Source: an uncultured Candidatus Poseidoniales archaeon (GTDB lineage: Archaea; Thermoplasmatota; Poseidoniia; Poseidoniales; CAYMED01). Taken from it: 60,538 nt of DNA. The stretch covers positions 31,399 through 91,936 of the forward strand of contig CAYMED010000007.1 of NCBI GenBank assembly GCA_964389655.1, in the 5' to 3' direction. The notes beneath the pieces were generated by a model, which made no database searches, was not told the origin of the DNA, and saw only the letters and a program-made list of their open reading frames with translations. This document shows positions 54,299 through 60,538 of this stretch, piece after piece; position 1 is the stretch's first letter; the number at the start of each line of letters is the position of its first letter. A program made the position numbers and the translations under genes.

Positions 54299-55354
54299 AT
54301 GGGATCTTGCATCGTCATCGGCGGAGGACTTGTTGGGCAATTTGTTGCTGTCCAATTAGCAAAACATCGTGATGTTTGTCTTTTTGACATTAGCCAGAAG
54401 GTAGTCAATGAAGCCCACTCGAATCGGATTGAAGCGAGAAAATGTGACATCCTATCTGAAAATGACCCATTTACTGATCTCGAAGTTGAAGTTGCAGTTA
54501 ATGCGGTACCAGGATATCTTGGCCATGCCATGCGAACTCGTTTGATTGAAGTCGGCATTCCTCTTATCATCGATCTCGCCTTTAGTGAAGAAGACCCGAC
54601 CACCCTATCTAAACTAACTCAAGCATCCCATTCCCGCCTCATTCCAGATTCAGGAATTGCCCCCGGATTATCGAATATGCTGCTTGCAGTTGCAGTAGAA
54701 CGGCTGGGTCCCTTGAGCCATGCAGAAATTATCGTTGGAGGAAATCCGACTGAACCCGATGATGAGTGGTCATACATGGCACCATTTAGCCCGGTTGACG
54801 TCATTGAAGAGTACACGAGACCCGCACGAATTATCCAAGGAGGGAAAATCAAGACAGTACCTGCTCTTTCTGAGAGAAAATGCGTAGAAGTTGATGGCAT
54901 TGGCACTCTCGAGGCAGCACTTACCGATGGATTACGGACCGTCTTGACAACGATTCCTTCTGAAAACATGTCAGAATGGACACTGCGGTGGCCGCAACAC
55001 TGGGTCCGGTGGAACAAATCAGGTGATACGCTCGATCCGTCTTCCCTCATCAAGGCATGGCATTTTGACCATGGACGTGATGAACACACTTGGATGCAGG
55101 TGAGTGCAGAAAATTCCAATGGGCAAATCAAGTGGATCGTCGAGGATCACGGAGATGAGAGGTGGTCATCAATGGCTAGAGCAACAGGTTTTGTCAGTTG
55201 GGCGTTAGCATTTCGGTCTTCTGAACTAATCAAAAACATAGGACCAGGAGTCCATCCACCAGAGAGCTTGCCATCGCATTTGCGAGCCATGATACTAAGT
55301 GAACTGGATAAAATTGGACTTTCCATCTTTGAGACTGAAAATGCCATTTCCTAG
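54299..55354 (+). CDS. Saccharopine dehydrogenase / lysine 6-dehydrogenase family protein
   Basis: IGGGLVG, NAVPGYLG, DSGIAPGLSN, FSPVDVIEEYTRP, TDGLRT and SSMARATG motifs. Confidence 0.88.
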   Translation: MGSCIVIGGGLVGQFVAVQLAKHRDVCLFDISQKVVNEAHSNRIEARKCDILSENDPFTDLEVEVAVNAVPGYLGHAMRTRLIEVGIPLIIDLAFSEEDPTTLSKLTQASHSRLIPDSGIAPGLSNMLLAVAVERLGPLSHAEIIVGGNPTEPDDEWSYMAPFSPVDVIEEYTRPARIIQGGKIKTVPALSERKCVEVDGIGTLEAALTDGLRTVLTTIPSENMSEWTLRWPQHWVRWNKSGDTLDPSSLIKAWHFDHGRDEHTWMQVSAENSNGQIKWIVEDHGDERWSSMARATGFVSWALAFRSSELIKNIGPGVHPPESLPSHLRAMILSELDKIGLSIFETENAIS

Positions 55355-55423
55355 TCCTTCGCGTAAAAACGTTCATATCACTGTCGTCGCACCTCGACTT
55401 CAGGCGCTCCACGCGCTGTTGGG

Positions 55424-55672
55424 ATGGGAAGTATCAATATGAGTGTGAACAGGATTGCTGAAAAACAAGATAAAGAAGAAATAATGAGTTCAATTGAGGC
55501 GCTGTGGGTTCGTTCAAAACCGAAGAAAGTCATCAAGGCACCTGCGGCGGGTGAGAGACATTCTGCAGTTCAAATTCTGAGTGGCCTTGCTTCACGTGCA
55601 CAGGCAAACGAGGCAGGGATGAAGAAAAAGGAAAATCCCGACATGGTTGTAGTTGATCTGCGATCTACTTGA
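55424..55672 (+). CDS. Small hypothetical protein
   Basis: 82-aa charged ORF that fills an intergenic gap and is co-oriented with its neighbours; no recognised motif. Confidence 0.45.
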   Translation: MGSINMSVNRIAEKQDKEEIMSSIEALWVRSKPKKVIKAPAAGERHSAVQILSGLASRAQANEAGMKKKENPDMVVVDLRST

Positions 55673-55726
55673 TCCATTTTTATCAATCCACACAATTATT
55701 GAAGAGGCATAACCATAACCGGTTTC

Positions 55727-56557
55727 ATGGCTAATCTGCAAACAACGTGGGAGTCCCTGCCCGATTGGCTTAGACCTGAAGACCGATGGGCACTACAATG
55801 GCGCTGGTTTGTCTTCGGAATTCTTGCTTCCCGCATCCTCTCATTTGTGTCTCCGATTGAGATTGGAGAAATGGCAATTCATCTCTCAATGTTCGCGTAT
55901 GTGGCTGCATTCATTCTCGTGCCAATGTGGATGTTTCGATCTCGCCTAGGTATAAATGGGCCGGAGTTAGCCATTTGGTCACTTTCTGCGGGAATACTCA
56001 TCGATGAGCTCGGTTGGTTGGTCGTACGGGAGCATGGCCATAGCACATGGACATGGGGAGGGTTACTTGCACCCATAGGCCTTGGAAGCGCCTATCTCCT
56101 CATCGCTTGGATGAGTTCTCGATGGCAACCCTCTGCTCATCAGCGCCTTGATCAAAAATGGCTGATGGCATTCATTGTAATTCAATTAATCCTTTTCTTC
56201 ACCATTCGCATCCAACAAGAAGTCTTGAGGGCAGATGGCATCCCAAATGAAGAAAGGTCACTCATGCTCAATGGATATGAAGTCCATCATATTGTAACTG
56301 GGACGGTTCTGTTCGTTATTGCGACACTTATGATCATCACACCTCCCGTGAAAGAGGCTTTTTTCGTGGCATTTGTGCTTGCCGCGATTGGACTCCAATT
56401 CGCAGCAGATGAGTGGAGTTACTATTTCATGGAAGTTGTCGATGATGCCGCATATTTTTCTTCGACATCATGGATTGGAGCAATTATCGCCGAGACCATA
56501 CTCATTTGCAGCGCATGGTGGGCTCTTAATCAGCAGATGGAGAGTGAGCAAGAGTGA
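55727..56557 (+). CDS. Integral membrane protein with an internal duplication (xHH/HL...G..DE motifs)
   Basis: About 8 TM helices; halves EIGEMAIHL...AGILIDE and LNGYEVHH...IGLQFAADE. Confidence 0.65.
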   Translation: MANLQTTWESLPDWLRPEDRWALQWRWFVFGILASRILSFVSPIEIGEMAIHLSMFAYVAAFILVPMWMFRSRLGINGPELAIWSLSAGILIDELGWLVVREHGHSTWTWGGLLAPIGLGSAYLLIAWMSSRWQPSAHQRLDQKWLMAFIVIQLILFFTIRIQQEVLRADGIPNEERSLMLNGYEVHHIVTGTVLFVIATLMIITPPVKEAFFVAFVLAAIGLQFAADEWSYYFMEVVDDAAYFSSTSWIGAIIAETILICSAWWALNQQMESEQE

Positions 56558-57795
56558 CGATTGAAATTGATGACCTTCTCGGTGATGTGGGAGCTACTGC
56601 GGCGCCACCCCCACAAGCAACTCCTCCACCTGTTGGGAGCCCACCTGCCCCACTACCACTCCCTCCAATGCCACAAATGGCTGTACAAAACGCACACGTG
56701 CCACCTCTTGAAAATCAAAACATGTCCGAGGCAGATGATGTGAACATCACCACAATTGAGAGGATGTTTCCCACCCTCAACAGACGAATGGCGGTCATCC
56801 TTGGAATGTACATCACATGGTGGGGGGGGATCACGGCTTTGGCTTGGATCAGTTCACGATACGATATTGCCATGCCATTACGAACTTGCTCTTTCGCAGC
56901 TTTGGGAGGCGAATGTGTTGACGCATGGACGGCTTGGTGGACTGAAGGTCGATTATGGACTGAAGTGGTTTGGGGAATCCCTTTCATACTGGTCGCATAT
57001 GTCATAGGAGGCATCCAAGAAAGCATGGATTCTACACTTGAAGATATGAGAATCCCTGAAGAAAAAAGGCGAGAGATTGACAAAATGGTACCGAATAAAA
57101 AATGGAGGATTACAGTACTTTTTCTCTATTATTCAATCTACATGACTGTAGGTGCAGTCACCCATTTCGATATCCAAATCCTCGGTATTGGGGGTGCGAT
57201 ACTTCTGCTTCCAATTTATTGGATTCAAGGTATACTCGTGGCCGATGCATTCAGCCTTTTCCCGTCTATATTCATCACTAAAAAAATAGCGAAGGACCTC
57301 ACACTTGATCCACTCCATGAAGATGGTTGTGGAGGAATGACTGGGATCGCCCTTCAATTTGTCAAATTGTCGAGCATTCCCGCTGCATTTGCGGTCATGC
57401 TTGCCATTCGATCATGGGTATACTGGTTCATTGGGGGAGAGAGTGTTGGGCATCGGCTGTGGGGTGAAGTCGCATTTCTGACACTGGCTCTCTTGTTTAC
57501 ATTCCTTATGTTCTCCTACCCTTTATTAGCCATCATCAGTGCAGTGATCGAGAAAAAGCTCGAGGCGAGGGAGCAAGTGATCACGCTTGCCGGGCTTAGT
57601 GGCCTTCGGGATTTAGGGATAGGGACGCCGCACTTTGAGCGGCAAGACATGTCACCTACTGATGCATTGACCTTGCTCGCACTGGTCGACAAAATTCGAG
57701 AAGCACCGATTAATTTAGCAGTCATCATGAAACTCGGTATTCGGATCGGTCCCCCCGCTCTTCTAGCAACTGGAAGAGTCCTCATTGGATTGTAG
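56554..57795 (+). CDS. Hypothetical membrane protein with a Pro-rich N-terminus and a PLHxDGCGG motif
   Basis: GTGA overlap with the upstream gene; about 6 TM helices; LDPLHEDGCGGM. Confidence 0.65.
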   Translation: MTIEIDDLLGDVGATAAPPPQATPPPVGSPPAPLPLPPMPQMAVQNAHVPPLENQNMSEADDVNITTIERMFPTLNRRMAVILGMYITWWGGITALAWISSRYDIAMPLRTCSFAALGGECVDAWTAWWTEGRLWTEVVWGIPFILVAYVIGGIQESMDSTLEDMRIPEEKRREIDKMVPNKKWRITVLFLYYSIYMTVGAVTHFDIQILGIGGAILLLPIYWIQGILVADAFSLFPSIFITKKIAKDLTLDPLHEDGCGGMTGIALQFVKLSSIPAAFAVMLAIRSWVYWFIGGESVGHRLWGEVAFLTLALLFTFLMFSYPLLAIISAVIEKKLEAREQVITLAGLSGLRDLGIGTPHFERQDMSPTDALTLLALVDKIREAPINLAVIMKLGIRIGPPALLATGRVLIGL

Positions 57796-57889
57796 ACCGT
57801 GTGCTCAAAATAGGAAAGGGCGGAAAAATAAAATTCCTATCTGTTTCATAGAGAGAAAGATAAAACCCTGCTTTAGAGGCGTTTCAGAA

Positions 57890-58813
57890 GTGAACTGGCG
57901 CCAGTTTGCTATCAGGGCTTGCTCAGTTGCAGTCGGCGTAATCCTCATCTCGTTCCTCTGGCAGAAAACGGATGGTGAGTTTCTCAAATTGGTCCAGAAG
58001 GTGAACTGGATAACAATATTTATTATCATATTTTCATATTCAATTGTGGTCTTTTTTGATGTCATTCGACTCCTCTTTGTTTTTCATCCAAACTCAAAAT
58101 CACTTACATCCACCTCTATTCGTGGAGTAATCGCTGCTCCTTCGTTGAACATGTTATTTCCTGGAAGAGCTGGAGATCTCAATGCACTCATATCTTCACG
58201 CTCAAGCGATTGGCCACTTGGGCAAAGGACAAGGAATCTCGTCCTTCTCCGACTTACAGATCTTGGCACGTTAGCAATACTCACAGTGATTCTTGGATCT
58301 GTATTTTTCGATTATTGGGTAACACTCATTGTCATGATTGTAACACTTATTGCAGGATTCTTTGTTTGGGCTTCGCTTCCAAAGATTATCGAAAAATTCG
58401 CAAGGGTACTCAACATACCGATTGGCCAAACCAAACCAGACGAGGATTCAGTAGTTCTCCAAAGATTCATTGCATCTTCCTCCTTTTCACTCGTGTTTTG
58501 GTTCGTGCAAGGGGTATTTACATGGTACTTACTATACTTACTAGGGATCGGAGAGATTGGGATTTTGGCAACCATTGGAGCAATTTCAGTTGCCAATTTA
58601 TCCAAATTAATCCCAATAACTCCAGGTGGAGTTGGCATCTATGAAAATATACTCGCATATATTTTCCATACTGTAGGAGATATGAGTGCTGAAGTGGCCG
58701 CAACTGCTGCTTTAGCAGATGGGTTATCTCGATACATGCTTACAGGCATACTTCCTTGGTTGGGAGTCATCATTGTCCCACAGGGCAAGGGTCTTACTGG
58801 AAGTGAAGAGTAA
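57890..58813 (+). CDS. Lysylphosphatidylglycerol-synthase TM / UPF0104 (AglD-type) putative flippase
   Basis: NMLFPGRAGD, RLTDL and IPITPGGVGIYE motifs. Start set at GTG 57890. Confidence 0.85.
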   Translation: MNWRQFAIRACSVAVGVILISFLWQKTDGEFLKLVQKVNWITIFIIIFSYSIVVFFDVIRLLFVFHPNSKSLTSTSIRGVIAAPSLNMLFPGRAGDLNALISSRSSDWPLGQRTRNLVLLRLTDLGTLAILTVILGSVFFDYWVTLIVMIVTLIAGFFVWASLPKIIEKFARVLNIPIGQTKPDEDSVVLQRFIASSSFSLVFWFVQGVFTWYLLYLLGIGEIGILATIGAISVANLSKLIPITPGGVGIYENILAYIFHTVGDMSAEVAATAALADGLSRYMLTGILPWLGVIIVPQGKGLTGSEE

Positions 58814-60273
58814 TGCTCGAAGAAGATCCACCAAAAAAATTTACAAAAGCTGAATTAAGTGTTCTCAGTTGCTGGGCTATTTGGCTCATCGCTTGGCTTC
58901 TTGAACCTCCAATTCACCGCCATGACTTCAACACCGCCCAGTGGTTGTTGCACAGTTGGTGGTTCATTCAAGAGCCGTGGCCAACTTGCTTGGAGTCAAC
59001 ACGGCTTTCTTGCTGGTACTACCCCTCTCATCCACCTTTAATCCATATTATTGGAGTCCCGACCACGTTATTATTTGGCTGGCAAACATGGCCGCTACGC
59101 CTGATTCAAGCGTCTTTGGTCCTATGGGGTGCCTTGGAATTGCGTGCATTGGTTCGCCGGAAATCAACTGTGGAAGGGGGAACAATGGCATTGGTGCTCA
59201 TTTTGGCGTCGCCAGTGATGATAGGATTTGCCGCTATACCAAATTACGAACCTACGATTGTGGCCTTGCTTTGTGTACTACTCAATCGAGTATCCCACTA
59301 CATAGAACATCCATCTATGTCCCGTGGTGCGATCGTCATACTGGTTTCAGTACTAGGAATGCTTACGGATTGGAGTGCATATCACCCAGTTGGGGTTGCA
59401 TGGCTCATTGCGTGGTGGGGATACAAAACAGGCTCAGAACAAATTTGGGTATCCACTCTAGCAAAACAACGCTGGGTTCTCACCGGCCTAGTTTGCGTGG
59501 GCATTGCCATTGTGCTCATGCACTTATGGATGCTTGAAATTGCTCATGGGTCATCGCAAATTTTGTTCGATACCGCAGAAAAGCGCTCATTTGGGAGGCC
59601 ACCTCTGATGATATTGCAATATCTTGCCATCATCATTTCAGGAACACTTGCACTGATGCTTCCCATTTGGATTGTTTTTGTCCTCTGTCAAACTAAATCG
59701 TTCCCAAATGCCGATGTCAAAGTTGGCTTTTGGCTAATCATCCCCCTCTCAGCAGGGTGTATTCACACACTGATGTTCCTACAGGGTGCATCACGGCATG
59801 AATATTGGACTGCCCCGTTACTCCCACCTCTTGCCCTTGCTGCTGCCATTTCATCCTCAAATTGGACTAAAAAACAGATACATATTGCTTCAACGATTGG
59901 CTGTGCTGCCTTACTAATTTGGGGATTGGGACTGTTACAGACAACTCCCTCACACGGAATTAAAGAAAAAACATCAGCAGTTGAGGGTCTTGAAGATATT
60001 TGGGGGGATGATGCATCCTTGCTAGTTTCTGATCAAATTATCAATGGACGACCTGAAGTGGTTGCCACCTTGCATACTGGTTATGTCACACCTGTTTCAT
60101 GGACAAGTAACAAAGAGACATCTCCTGAATGGGATGGCGCCCTTCTATGTGAGAACAGCGAGTGGGCAAACTACCTTTTCTCAGACTCCCAAAACTGGGA
60201 AATTCTAGAACTTAGAAACACGCCTGACTGTGAAGGAAATCCTCTGCTCATCATGATTCCACCAATCACATAA
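58813..60273 (+). CDS. GT-C fold glycosyltransferase (ArnT/PMT_2, GT39/83-like)
   Basis: HD near the N-terminus, YPSHPPL, WPLRL, ASP and LTDW motifs; many TM helices; C-terminal extracellular domain. Confidence 0.72.
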   Translation: MLEEDPPKKFTKAELSVLSCWAIWLIAWLLEPPIHRHDFNTAQWLLHSWWFIQEPWPTCLESTRLSCWYYPSHPPLIHIIGVPTTLLFGWQTWPLRLIQASLVLWGALELRALVRRKSTVEGGTMALVLILASPVMIGFAAIPNYEPTIVALLCVLLNRVSHYIEHPSMSRGAIVILVSVLGMLTDWSAYHPVGVAWLIAWWGYKTGSEQIWVSTLAKQRWVLTGLVCVGIAIVLMHLWMLEIAHGSSQILFDTAEKRSFGRPPLMILQYLAIIISGTLALMLPIWIVFVLCQTKSFPNADVKVGFWLIIPLSAGCIHTLMFLQGASRHEYWTAPLLPPLALAAAISSSNWTKKQIHIASTIGCAALLIWGLGLLQTTPSHGIKEKTSAVEGLEDIWGDDASLLVSDQIINGRPEVVATLHTGYVTPVSWTSNKETSPEWDGALLCENSEWANYLFSDSQNWEILELRNTPDCEGNPLLIMIPPIT

Positions 60274-60286
60274 AATTGCAATTTAA

Positions 60287-60538
60287 TCAGGACCTATCCA
60301 TCCTCATTGTTTGGGCGGTAGCGCTTGATGGCTTGATTTGGGGAGAGAAGAACACCAAACCAACCCGGTCTTTGACATCCCCTTCCTCATTGACGAATGA
60401 ACGGATCAGCATCGAGAGCAGATCGATCACGACGACGACAACAAAGACGACAATCAGTAGGGCAAATAACTTCTGATAATGATGGATAGGCCATATGCTC
60501 GTAGCGGTGCCGCCATCCGTTGCCTGCTGTTCATGAAA
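60287..60538 (-). CDS. 3' end of a PhnE/PtxC-like ABC permease (partial, enters from the right edge)
   Basis: Not in the ORF track. Manual translation gives HYQKLFALLIVVFVVVVVIDLLSMLIRSF, resembling the last TM helix of PhnE (..vl.iD..S..lR). The stop position is uncertain (possible 1-nt indel). Confidence 0.5.
   Translation of the reverse strand, partial: FHEQQATDGGTATSIWPIHHYQKLFALLIVVFVVVVVIDLLSMLIRSFVNEEGDVKDRVGLVFFSPQIKPSSATAQTMRMDRS

Noticed and set aside
60287-60385. Possible frameshift in the PhnE-like tail (one extra A would give DVKRPGWFGVLLSPNQAIKRYRPNNEDG*)
   Set aside because: Both frames are open and short, the region is at the window edge, and it cannot be decided without homologs or reads.
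1-60538. tRNA or rRNA genes, and the many antisense ORFs of 60-270 aa
   Set aside because: No cloverleaf or rRNA motifs were seen in the short intergenic gaps; the antisense ORFs are shadows of well-supported genes.

Overview
A gene-dense archaeal chromosome segment of roughly 45-50% GC (estimated by eye). The gene content points to Thermoplasmatota, most like Marine Group II/Poseidoniales; this is an inference from archaeal-type AlaRS and ValRS, an alpha2-type tRNA-splicing endonuclease, archease, a geranylgeranyl reductase, an archaeal SRP RNA, bacterial-type PntAB, class-2 PyrD and PepP, and many Asp-rich surface proteins. Three features are missing from the ORF track: a partial rtcB at the left edge, a complete SRP (7S) RNA at about 16201-16506 (-), and a partial PhnE-like permease at the right edge. 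No CRISPR array, tRNA, rRNA, transposase or integrase was seen. The most unusual items are: (i) a divergent TatC fused to a Cys-rich domain resembling the HdrA N-terminus, placed between an exported CxCH protein and an M6 protease downstream of pntAB; (ii) rtcB, endA and archease within 16 kb, with archease in a probable operon with a wHTH-TerB-repeat protein and a degenerate HldE-like kinase; (iii) a co-oriented envelope block (MMPL/RND, membrane-TPR protein, tandem V4R-like protein, Ca-repeat protein with a lysine-less biotinyl/lipoyl-like insert) that contains an in-frame TGA/G6 junction; (iv) an orphan N6-adenine methyltransferase and mosaic surface proteins beside valS. All calls rest on motif recognition by eye; no searches were run.
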